Below the pieces are notes generated by a model, which was not told where the DNA came from, made no database searches, and was given only the letters and a program-made list of their open reading frames with translations. A DNA stretch of 64,000 nt from Octopus sinensis (Eukaryota). Position 1 is the stretch's first letter. Each line of letters starts with the position of its first letter. Location: the NCBI RefSeq assembly GCF_006345805.1, contig NC_042998.1:190898001-190962000 (forward strand), read 5' to 3'. The translations under genes and the position numbers were made by a program. This document shows, piece by piece, positions 52,381 to 64,000 of the stretch.

Positions 52381-54575
52381 ATATTAATGCCAGGTATTTA
52401 TATGAGACAGAAATTAGATTGTAAATAATTCATGTCTCTTGTTCATAAGCATTTGTGGTCAAAACGAATTTTATTAAACCGAGAATCGAAGCCGACTAAT
52501 CGACACGGAGCGTCTTGGGTCAATGTTTTTGTTCTAGATCGCTTCTTTTCTATTGATTATATGTTGATTGATAGATTCTCTATAGGATTAGAGGTAAATA
52601 AAATCGACCACATTCTCAGAGAATTTCTAGCGTCGATAGACTTTCAACTTGGGAACTATTGATAACTCCCAGGAATCACTGTGTTGTAAGTGACACCCGG
52701 AGGCATGTAAATGTTATCATCACGTTCTCGGACATCGCTTGTGCACAAGAAAACACCGCTAGAATCGGTAATTGTACTTGGTTTCCCTGTTTCTTCTGAG
52801 CGATATGTTCCCGAATTAGGGTATTTCTTTTATCCTGTTTGTTTACATATTTGCTTTCTCATACTCTTATGCTCTAAGTAAACCCCTACCGATTTTGTAA
52901 TTTGGCCTTGTGACACCTCCTCATCAGCAACTCCTGTGTTTTTATGTCGCTCTTCAAATAATTCTGCTTCGTGCAACTGTATCAAACAACATGTCTTTCT
53001 GAATTTATTTGTATACAAAGAGAATTTCGAAGAAAATTCTTTTTGAAGACCATACAGAGTTGAAATGAAAAACAAGTACTGCTCTTAGACGCACACGTGC
53101 GTGTGCGTGTGTATATATATTGCATATATACATATGGTCAAAATTGTTACGTGAAATAGCATTCAAGCTCACGAAAGAAACGTGAAAATGAAGACACAAA
53201 ACCAAATAATAGACAGTAAAACATGTGAACAACAAAAAATACGTTTTGATAAAATTTTATAAAAAAATTATATACGAATGGCATTTCTATAAGTAGTTCA
53301 AAACCCACCTAAATTACTTCGTCTTTTATTCTTCCGGTGTTGATAAAGTAATGTAGGAATTAAATACAGCGGAGGATATGAGACATCTCCCTATTTCTGA
53401 TTTTGGGCCTATTATTGTCGATGTTAGCTAGCTAGTCACGAAGGATCTATTTGCTTTTGCCAACAATTTTGGCAAATAGAGTCTGATAACCCTTTTCTGT
53501 TTATCAAGGTAAATGCTAAGAATTTTGTTGTTTGAATATAAAAAAATAAACGGTAAGTAAGCGATGTCAATTAACTGGAGTTAGTTGTAATTAATATGAA
53601 ATGGACAAACTACTTTCAAGTAAACATTTGATCAATTACTTGGAACAAACAGGTAACAACTGAATCAGCTAGTATTAAAAAAAACTTACTTAAATTTAAA
53701 ATAACACACCAAACGACTTTTCTTTGGAAAAGTAAAAAAAATTAAGTTAAAATACAAATACACGAATTAATCTTAGATTTCGTGCGATAGCCAAAGTATA
53801 GGAAATCCCGAAGAAATATATCTATCAAGTAGTATTTAGTAAGAAAGTAACATGCGAGAAAAACTTGACAGAAAACACAGTATGTTAACAAAGCAAAAAA
53901 ATATATAAGACATAAAACATAGGAATTGATGGGGAAATATCAAAGAATAAAACATACTTGGGAAAAATATATAATGCTAAATAAACACTCCAAGGGGATA
54001 AAAAAATGGATTGTAGAGATGATTAAATGGAAATAAAATACGTATAGTAGTAATTCCTGTAAGAAGAAAAAATGTAGTAGATTTCCAGTAAAATATCTGG
54101 AAGACAGTTTCTTGTCATAAAAAAATGGGTTGATTTCAACAAAATAAACTAAAATGAAAATATTTAAAGCCTCGGAATTTGTGTAAACGGAGCCAAAAAA
54201 TAAGTCAGTAACATGAAAATGCAATTAAAAGTTTTTCATCGTGGGTAATAAGAGATAAATGCTTATGTCTTCCTCATTTCCTAAATGGAGCTATTACCAT
54301 GAAACATTATATAATTCTGAAATATCAATATAGTTAAGTCATGAAGCTCTTGTAGCATAGAACTAATAAGACGAGAAAGCGTTTGATATATCAGTCGTTG
54401 AAATTGCTTTAAAAAATTTAAATAAAACAACAATATCCGAATAAGTGTAGCAAAAGCTAAGTAGTGGGAGGGGCTCTTATTGGTAGTGTTAATTAGGGCA
54501 ATTCATTGAAGTTGATATTCCGAGACATGCGCTGCAAAAGATTCAAGCTTCATGTACGTGTTTAGAATATTTCAG

Positions 54576-54632
<57 letters not shown>

Positions 54633-55372
54633 GCGAAAGGTATGGCACGTAATGCATCAACAATGGTTGTGGGAACATAACAAGACAATCCTTCATTGAA
54701 GAAGGACGTTTTCTAATCCGAAGCAGCAAAACTGAATTCAACATCTTCAAAGTAGAAAGATTTTTATAAACTACAATATATTAATAATATAGAGCTGTCA
54801 CAGTAACAAATACATAACTGAAATACTATATTTTAAACCTTGATGCTTTCCAATCCATGATTATCACAAACTAACTGAATAGATGTACGAAATTAACGAG
54901 CAACATCTAGAAATAAACCGCTACAATTACAAACAAGTGAAGAATATACATACTTGATAAACAGTGGAGAACGACAGATAGAACAGGTCAATGCGAAATA
55001 CTACAGCAAATATAAGCACCATATGAGAATGAAAATGATGATATATAAAGTTAACGCTGAAATAAAATAGGACTTATAAACAGTAGCTGTTATATTGTAC
55101 ACTGAAATTAGTTCTCAGGATCATATGATGCGGTAAGTATATAAGATGCCAGATGTCATCGGTTGTACATACCTAGATGTAAAGGATAATGGACATGACA
55201 CGCACATGCACAGCTTGGGACACCCAATTAAATACACATATACAATCGAGAGGAAGACATTTTATAGAAGACACTCTGTGTTTCTTTATAGTGATTCTAA
55301 AACACTACGATATATATATATGTATATATATATACACACATACGTACCCACACACATGTATATATATATGTG

Positions 55373-55459
<87 letters not shown>

Positions 55460-55471
55460 CATATTTATATA

Positions 55472-55864
55472 TGGAGTATGGAAGCACTCCGTCGGTTACG
55501 ACGACGAGGGTTCCGGTTGATCCGAATCAACGGAACAGCCTGCTCGTGAAATTAACGTGTAAGTGGCTGAGCACTCCACAGACACGTGTACCCTTAACGT
55601 AGTTCTCGGGGATATTCAGCGTGACACAGAGAGTGACAAGGCCGGCCCCTTGAAATACAGGCACAACAGAAACAGGAAGTAAGAGTGAGAGAAAGTTGTG
55701 GTGAAAGAGTACAGCAGGGATCACCACCATCCCCTGCCGGAGCCTCGTGGAGCTTTTAGGTGTTTTCGCTCAATAAACACTCACAACGCCCGGTCTGGGA
55801 ATCGAAACCGCGATCCTATGACCGCGAGTCCGCTGCCCCAACCACTGGGCCATTGCGCCTCCAC
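55472..55864 (-). mobile_element. tRNA-derived SINE family 3, full length
   Basis: Minus head gtggaggcgcaatggcccagtggtt (A box tggcccagtgg), tttcgattccc B box, tail ccctcgtcgtcgtaaccgacggagtgcttcca; embedded in (TA)n. Confidence 0.92.
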
Positions 55865-56410
55865 ATATGTATATGTATATATATATATATATATATATAC
55901 TCGCACACACGCCCACACACACACACGTACATGTACACACCGACAAAGCTACGTTTGTAACGACGAAAGAAGTAGACCTCAATATCGTTGGAAATATTGG
56001 ACTAAATTCATTAAACAACACAGACACGGGAGCATCTACATTCAGACTTCAACGTTTCTCGACAACGCTTATTCAACACTTACTACCGTTCGTCAGATAT
56101 ATTAGATACACTGGAAAATACAGACGTAGCAATAAGCTGATTAATAGATGTGCTAGAGGCATAGAATCGCCGAAAGTTTGCAAATATATCAGCAGCACAC
56201 TCAAAATACTCATACAAAAACATAAATACGCCAACAGTTACCACCAATAAATATTCGCACACACACAAGCCAGCGCGCACATGCACTTACACTCACACGG
56301 TACAAAGACGTCAACAACTTAGTCTATAGATGCATACAAAGATGGGTTCGTAAACGAATCCATTACATACACTATCATACATAATAAGGCTTTACAGAGA
56401 GTATATTATA

Positions 56411-56826
56411 GGCGCAGGAGTGGCTGTATGGTAAGTAGCTTGCTAACCAACCACATGGTTCCGGGTTCAGTCCCACTGCGTGGCACCTTGGGCAAGTGTC
56501 TTCTGCTATAGCCCCGGGCCGACCAATGCCTTGTGTGTGGATTTGGTAGACGGAAACTGAAAGAAGCCCGTCGTATGTATGTATATATGTATATATGTGT
56601 GTACGTGTATGTTTGTGTGTCTGTGTTTGTCCCCCTAGCATTGCTTGACAACCGATGCTGGTGTGTTTACGTCCCCGTTACTTAGCGGTTCGGCAAAAGA
56701 GACCGATAGAATAAGTACTGGGCTTACAAAAGAATAAATCCCGGGGTCGAGTTGCTCGATTAAAGGCGGTGCTCCAGCATGGCCGCAGTCAAATGACTGA
56801 AACAATTAAGAGTAAAAGAGAGAGTA
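56411..56826 (+). mobile_element. tRNA-derived SINE family 2, full length
   Basis: Collinear with 44720-45130. Confidence 0.95.
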
Positions 56827-57145
56827 CACGTTTCCTAACGATTATCAACATCCTAAAATTCATTCAAAGACAGTTCATTACCTGGTATGATATAAAAGGA
56901 CCTCTGCGAACTGTTTTTGAATAGTGTACGATATCTGGGGAGAACAACCTATCCCAAGTGGAAAAGCAGAAATAATATTGACGAAAATGATGTAGGTTAT
57001 TAATAAGAATTCTTTGGCGGGAGATCAAGATGTATAATGTCGATGAAATTTAGCCAAATCACTGAAAGAGTATATGGTTTTTTTCGCAGAATGTGAAAAT
57101 GCCATTCAGGAAACGAATCGAAATGCAAATCTGGTACTGACATGC

Positions 57146-57182
<37 letters not shown>

Positions 57183-57325
57183 ATATATATATATATATAA
57201 TATAAAATGGGTAAATAATTTTTCGTGGTTTTTTAGACAACCAACAAATATTTACCGGTAAATTTCGGTATGTAAATATGACTTTTAGCGTCAGGAATTT
57301 CTGTAGAGTTCAGTAAATATAGTAA

Positions 57326-57641
57326 ATATAATTAAAAGGGCAGGGAACAGGTTGCTCCGCCGCATACCGAAGGAATTAGAAATGGCAGTCAAAAACTGTT
57401 TATTTCCATTTTCTACAAGTGGAGGTTCCATATACGACAAACCCTGCGATTCACATACGCAAAATCGGAGTAGCAAATAAACGAAAACAATCTCTTACCG
57501 TTAATGATGAACATGTTTCTAGATAGTAGGCTAGAAATTGCCTAATTTCTTTCGTCAACACCATATTCGATAGATTTATCAAATGCCACCAGCCTCCACC
57601 TAATTCCTTCGGTATGCGGCGGAGCAACCTGTTGCCTGCCC

Positions 57642-57653
<12 letters not shown>
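57326..57653 (-). mobile_element. Possible Penelope-like ORF 5' fragment with 54-bp inverted duplication
   Basis: Arms 57326-57379 and 57600-57653 (1 mismatch); minus frame KRAGNRLLRRIPKEL...LINLSNMVLTKE resembles the Penelope N-terminal xINLSxxxLT motif. Confidence 0.5.
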
Positions 57654-57703
<50 letters not shown>

Positions 57704-58096
57704 CAAGACCTGATGAGGAAGAACACTGAATTATCCATTGTGTGTTCGCTTGAAATATATATACATTGCTAGCAGAAGTGAGTCACTGCCATCTCTTGCA
57801 GAAGAGGTGTCCAGTACTAGGGAGTGGCAGAAATAGCCCGAAACCAGAACTGGTCAGCTGGTCCCGTCGCTAGAAGGGGGTAGGGTTTCCTCTCCTGCTA
57901 GCAATTCAGCGGAAACAGATATGCATCGTTAACCTGCTAGAAGAGATGACCTCTTGTGTTAAAAAAATCGCAGTAGAATCGGCACGAACGGACAGCCATG
58001 TAAAAGTGGCTACGAATATTACTTGTCAGTACAAATACTGCGTTGAATCTTTGCTTATATATATATATATATATAATTATATAATATATATATATA

Positions 58097-58257
58097 TTCT
58101 CCTTTTTTTCTCTCCTTCTTTTTCTGTCACTTTCTCTAAAAGAAAGTAGGCTCGAAACGTAAAAGACTTTTTTCTATTCCTGAGCGTTATGCTAATACAT
58201 CTGTTTGCTTTGTACACCACCTGTCTTCGTCTTTTGTTTTTTTTCGTAAACTTTCCC
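58097..58257 (+). mobile_element. Short (TA)n-flanked repeat, same family as 34524-34711
   Basis: gtaggctcgaaacgtaaaagacttttttctattcctgagcg...ctgtcttcgtctttt...cgtaaactttccc. Confidence 0.75.
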
Positions 58258-60647
58258 TATATATATATACATTCATATATCTACGTGTGTATGCATGTGC
58301 ATGTAAGTGTGTGTGTGTGTGTACTTTTGTGAATCACTTCTATTTATAACAAATAACAGAAAACGTCTTAAATGATGAAGAAGGCGAAAATAGTTCCTAA
58401 ATAATTAGCATGGCAATGGAACGAATACCGTATATCTAAAGCAAATAAGTAAAAAAGCATGAAATTACAGAAACGTTAGTTATGTTAACCATTTCTCCAT
58501 TATACCACATGTAAATGGAGTAAGTGGAATGATGTGCAATCACTTTATCTAGAGCTAGGTTATCATTAGTTATAACCACAGAAACGCTCTTGAAAATAAC
58601 CACCCATCGGTTGTTAAATGTCGTAATAGTTCCTTTCCAGCGTAATAAATTAACTCCTTTTCATTTACCAAATCCATAGATTTGGTAAAGTAGCAGTTAT
58701 GTAAGTTTTATTATCCAACTGATTGTAGTTTAAAAATAATCCCTATTTCTTCTATTCTTTTGATGTTCAAATATAACACAAAGGAGGCTTTTTGTTTTCA
58801 CATGTGTCATCATTATAGTTCCAACATATCTTCCATTAGAAAGTGATTTTCCCTCTGCGTATTTCACGTTCATTTAGAGTTATAAAATAGGTAAGCCGAT
58901 AGAGGGATTACAGTGATAAGATACTAACTTTGCAAGGAATTACGACGAAAACCTGGGTATTTTCAAATGATTTTCTAACCTGAAGAATTACTTGAAGCTA
59001 AGAATATCAATCATTTCTAATGAGATTTAAATGAAATACTCTCAATGACTCATTGAGTAGATGTATTTCTTATAATTATTTCAGATTTCTATCCAATCTA
59101 TAGCAATGGAATAGCAAATACGGATACCAAATGTCTTAAAATATATAATTCCCAGTTCAAATTCCACGCTAGCGGATTCTACATTTTAAAATATGTACCG
59201 AGGTTATGTGTGGTTAATTTCAATAGATTTCAGTGATTCTCTACAAATTTGTGGTAAAAGTATCAAAGTAAGCCAGTATTGTTTTCATAGCTTTCATTAG
59301 AACAGTTCAGTTGTGTTTCGGTTTCAAAAGAACAAGCAAGTCAAACGGTAGGATGTAGAATCTGGTGTATCAAAATATGAAAAATATGAATAAACTAATT
59401 CCCATGAGGTGGTGCCGCGCTAGATTTCCAATGAAGGCCAAATATCGCTGATATTATGAAGTTCCGCAATTAATTTCAAACACCAAAATGGGAAAATGGG
59501 TCGTTATTGCAGTGTCGTTATGTTAAAAATATGAACATCCTGCGGATTTTAGCAATTTCATTGATGAAATAAGAAATAGTAAGGAATAAAGTTTGACAGA
59601 TAAAGGGTCTTGTCATGCAAGGATAAAAATATCCTTCGACGTAGAAAGATAAGAAATGTTATAGCACTTCCTTAAAAATATTATAAATAGCATGGCGTTC
59701 ACGTTAAAAAAAAAACGAAAATAACATAGAAAGAAATGGATGTACAATAGCAATTCTGAACGCTCCAATTTTCATTTACCAACAGAATTAAACATAGGAT
59801 TACTGGCGTGGAATGGACGTAAACCAATTTCTGTAACAAAGAAGTTTATGGTGCATCAATAAAAGTTGAGAAAATAATGTTGCATGATGAGAAAATTGTA
59901 TTAAAAAGACAGGGGCTTTTGTGAATAAAGATTGATGTAGAAACCATAAGATAAAGACATTGGGTATTCAAAAGAGAAAGAAAAAATAACATTGCTGTTA
60001 GTCTAATATATTTAAAGGAACAAGATGAAAAAAGAAAGAAAAAAAACGTCTGATAAAAACATAAGGTGTCAATATGAGTTAGGAGGCGGAAAAACTAATC
60101 CTGGAATAGCAACAGTATTGGACTTATTTCTTTACCATTTAGCGATGAATATTCATAGCTACACAGAGAAAAGTACTTTGTCTATAAATACTGTCCAAAC
60201 GGAAGGTTGCTTGATGCAATCTTTAGTCAGATGACCTAAAAGTAGACCAGTGATAGTGGATCAATCGATCATTTAACAGTGTGGATGATGCTGAAGTAAA
60301 ATATGGAAAATAAAATGTGATGTCTATTAAAAGGTGGAGCGTTGAGTTTAACAATAAAACTGGTCGGCCTGTAAATGAAAAGAAAAGAATAAAGGAAGTG
60401 GAACACACCGCATCATGGCACTATTCCGATGCCGAGGAAGAAAGATTGATAGAAATAGGAAAATGGAGAAGATTGTTCTTTATTTATTCAACAATGCTAA
60501 TGAATTACTTTTGACTACTTTCTTCAAAGATTCTGGCATGAATTGAGCATGAGTTGAATTAGATTTACACTACCATATGCACATATAAGTGATTGTGTCT
60601 GTCTGTTTGTATGTGTGTATGTATTCAAGTGTGTGTATACATGTATC

Positions 60648-60686
60648 GATGATGATGATGAATGATGATGATGATGATGATGATGA

Positions 60687-60759
<73 letters not shown>

Positions 60760-60771
60760 CAATAATAATAA
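60648..60771. repeat. (GAT)n plus (AAT)n microsatellite
   Basis: Seen directly. Confidence 0.97.
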
Positions 60772-61976
60772 TTGACCTCAAAATATATACAAAAATGAGA
60801 CAGACCTTGATTCTCTAATCCAAGCTGTGAGAATATTCAGTAAAGAATGCAATTTGCGCTAAATAACTTTGCAGTACTAACTATGAAGTATTGAAATAGT
60901 TTTTGCTCTTTTTGAAATGGGCAAAGAACGAGATGCAGAACGTAGCTAGAAGAGCCAGAAAGCTGCCAAAAACGCACAATGCACTCCATGCGAAAAGTAA
61001 CACCGACCGACACTATCTACTAAGAAGGGAAGGTGATACAGGGTTGCTAAACGCGGATTGCACTGTTGGTACTACGATACTGGGCCTGAAAGAATGAAAG
61101 TATACTTTCGGCAGCCAGAGTTACCGGAAAACTGACTTAAACAGTGGTAGAATTCAAAGAGAAAAGGAAGAACAACAGAATGAACAAATGAGAAGAGATG
61201 GAAATGCATGGGCAATTCATGCAACAAACCGAAAATTTTGGAAGTTAAGCCCCACTGTCTTTGGTTGGCAGACAGATGTTTGAAACGAAAAACAGAAACA
61301 TTAAAAACAAACTATAAATGCTCAGGAACAAGCTCTTAGAACAAATCTAATCAATGCAAAGATCGGCAAAACTCAGTCAGACAGCAAACGTAGAATCCAC
61401 AGAAAAAGAGACGAGAGTATTAATCGCATTTTAAATGAGCGTAGTATACCAGAACAAGCGTAGACATGACTGTATGGGCAAAAGAGGGCATTTAAATGTT
61501 TACTGAGTGTGTGGTATAAATACGGAAAAGAAGCTATGAGAGAAAATGAGAATTGCTAGACCATATGGGACTTAGCCATAAAGACTGACCACACTATTGA
61601 GGCAAGATGACTGGACATGATCATAGAGAAGAAAATGAACAGTGCGAAATCATAGATTTTGTAAGTTCTTACAATTGCAAAGTCGATAGCAAACAAATGG
61701 AAAAAATTGAGAAGTATCGGGATCTAGCCAGAAAGCTGAGGAGGCTGGAAGAACACAACAATTATTCCTATAGTAACGGGTGCATTTAGCACATTATCTA
61801 AAATGCTACCCAAAAAGACTGAAAGAAATTGGAATTGAAACTCGCATTGTCGACCTGCAGAAAAATACCCTCCTATACTCTGCAAGAACCCAAACAAAAC
61901 ATTTCAGATTTGAGGAGACATATCACCAAACCTCAAGACAAAATACCAACTAACTAAATTAGCGTGCACTAGCGTG
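60772..61976 (+). mobile_element. 5'-truncated R4/Dong-like LINE: end of RT, CCHC-like region, restriction-like endonuclease; degenerate
   Basis: DLKIY..NETDLDSLIQAVRIFS; WAKNEMQNVARRARKL...TDRHYLLRREG; AQEQALRTN; IIDF...EKIEKYRDLARKL; multiple stops and frameshifts. Confidence 0.88.
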
Positions 61977-62074
61977 ATAACAACAACAAATGTATGTAGA
62001 TGAAACAGAAAAGCTCATTGTGATAGTAAAACAGATAAAAATATAAGCCAGTGCAAAAGGAATTCCAGTGCTTC

Positions 62075-62690
62075 GAATACATGGAAAAGTAAGGGATAGC
62101 AAGTCAAATACCCTCCAAGGGCCAGAGATATTGATAAATATGACCCATCAATGGTTGGCTGCATCTGGACTTATATCAGAAACAGATGACTGCATTATAG
62201 CAGCTCAAGCATTCTTAAAAGTGGTGCAGACCAAGCCTGCCGTTTTTGTCGCTTAGCCAGAAAAAAATTGACAACCTTGTCTCTGCATGCTCGGTGTTAG
62301 CTTCAAAGTAATATATTAAGCACCATGATAGATTTGGTTAGCATTTGCACTATATTATATACTGTAAGTCTGGTTCCCCGTATGACATTTGCTGGTGGAA
62401 ACATGAACCCGCCAAAGTACGAAAAACATCACCGTTCTTTGTTACTTTCCTATATAAACTGATCATGTTATACTTGCCAATACACCAGATATTGAGGTAA
62501 AAAATCACGGGTTGGTGTCCAAGAGTGCTGTAATATCATGGAAATGAGAGACCACTGGTCTTTGTCAAAGAATCCCCTCTAGAAGAAGGGCATTTTGTAT
62601 ATAAAACTACTTGCTGCTCTACTGAGCCGGATATCTTGTTCCCTGTTTGTGTCTGGGCATCTTGGTATTGCTAGTAAGTGTCGCTATGGT
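62075..62690 (+). mobile_element. Second, more degraded R4/Dong-like LINE fragment
   Basis: IHGK; THQWLAASGLISETD..IIAAQ; CRFC..KIDNLVSAC; KTDHVILANTPDI. Confidence 0.7.
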
Positions 62691-62825
62691 ATTGTCCAAA
62701 CCGAACTCGAATTAAAATCATTGCACGGGCATTGCTGATGCATAACATTTAACATCTTGTGTTCTTGATGTTTGAAGTCCAGTGGCGATGGTCATGCCTG
62801 TCTAACGAGTAGGCAGCCATCACGC

Positions 62826-62827
<2 letters not shown>

Positions 62828-62856
<29 letters not shown>

Positions 62857-63035
62857 TGTATGTATGTATGTATGTATGTATGTATGTATGTATGTATGTA
62901 TGTATGTATTCATGTATGTATGCATGTATGTATGTATGTATCTATGTATGAATGTATGTATATATGTATGTATGTATGTATGCATGTATGTATGTACGTA
63001 TGTATCTATGTATGAATGTATGTATATATATATGT
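62828..63035. repeat. (GTAT)n microsatellite
   Basis: Seen directly. Confidence 0.97.
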
Positions 63036-64000
63036 ATTAATGTTTGTATGTATGTATGGCTGCACGAATGGCATGTATGTATGAACACGCACATAACAAA
63101 ACAGGGGCACGTCTATAGACATTTAGAGTAATTTTTCACCAACAATGGCCAGGTATCCCTTGGCAACATTACATACTTCTAAACGCATATCTTCATAACT
63201 ATACACAGTGTGTCTTCTAATATTGATGCACATACAATGAGACAGCATTAACACAAGCTGTTTATATAATCTTTTTGTTTCTCACCTTGCAACAGCCAGG
63301 AATAAAAACGTAGCCAACACAATTTAGCTTCTTCTGACATGAAAAGAAATGACCTCTGAGATAATATAATACTAAACTCCATTATTTGTCAAACTATCAA
63401 CATTTTACTTCAGCGGCGTTGTGTTTATTTGTTTGTTGCTTGTTTAATTTTATGGATAAGTTTACTTAATGGTAAGCTTCTGAAAAATAATTCTTAACTT
63501 GCATGAAGTCTTGTTTCTTTGCAACATCTTAATCTTTATAGGAAAACATATTGCAATGGCATAAGTGGAACGTCTTGAAACGTGTTGTAAAATGAGTCGG
63601 TTGTGTCTCATACTATCACTGTATTGCATTCTGCTGTAGATAAAGAGAACCATTAAGCAAAGTTTATTGCTGAACAACGCAGACATTTCATAAACTTCTT
63701 AAATACATGTGTACAAGAGAGAGTCACATGAATTTAGATATAAGAAATATAACAAGAATCAACGCCATAATAAAATGTACGCTAGCATTATAATAAAGTC
63801 AGAAATTTACGTATTGACAGGTTCATATAAAATATTCCAATTTTCCATTGACGACTTTCTTGTCTGCATCTTAAATTTTGTGGGAAAAAATATCCGTGAC
63901 TGCATACGCAGCATACCCTGAAATAAGTTGTGCAGAATATGAGCCAAAGGTAAAATATGTACGGGGGCATTTGATTCGTCTTGGGCTAGCCTACTTCACC

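Noticed and set aside
52870-52960. 87-nt minus-strand exon (LHEAELFEE...)
   Set aside because: Mediocre splice signals and no homology evidence.

Overview
AT-rich, microsatellite-dense eukaryotic non-coding DNA. The SINE and repeat families look like octopus (coleoid cephalopod) repeats; that taxon call is from pattern recognition and is not database-verified. No intact protein-coding gene can be supported, and nearly all listed ORFs are translated microsatellites. Supported content: (1) three tRNA-headed SINE families; (2) LINE remnants, namely one RTE with a target-site duplication (TSD), three R4/Dong-like copies with a restriction-like endonuclease, and one weak CR1/L2-like 3' end; (3) a 451-bp MITE with terminal inverted repeats (TIRs), an 8-bp TSD and an internal TTAGGG tract; (4) a 470-bp inverted repeat pair and several fold-back hairpins; (5) a duplicated ~0.33-kb promoter-like block. 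The most notable theme is a set of short Penelope-like/retrozyme-like units carrying minimal type I hammerhead-ribozyme (HHR) motifs. One has an apparently intact core with a compensatory U3-A8 pair inside a perfect 93-bp inverted repeat (31033-31440). Another is a TSD-bounded composite of a Pol III tRNA-like head and a hammerhead-bearing tail (26756-27217). All alignments, folds and counts were done by eye.
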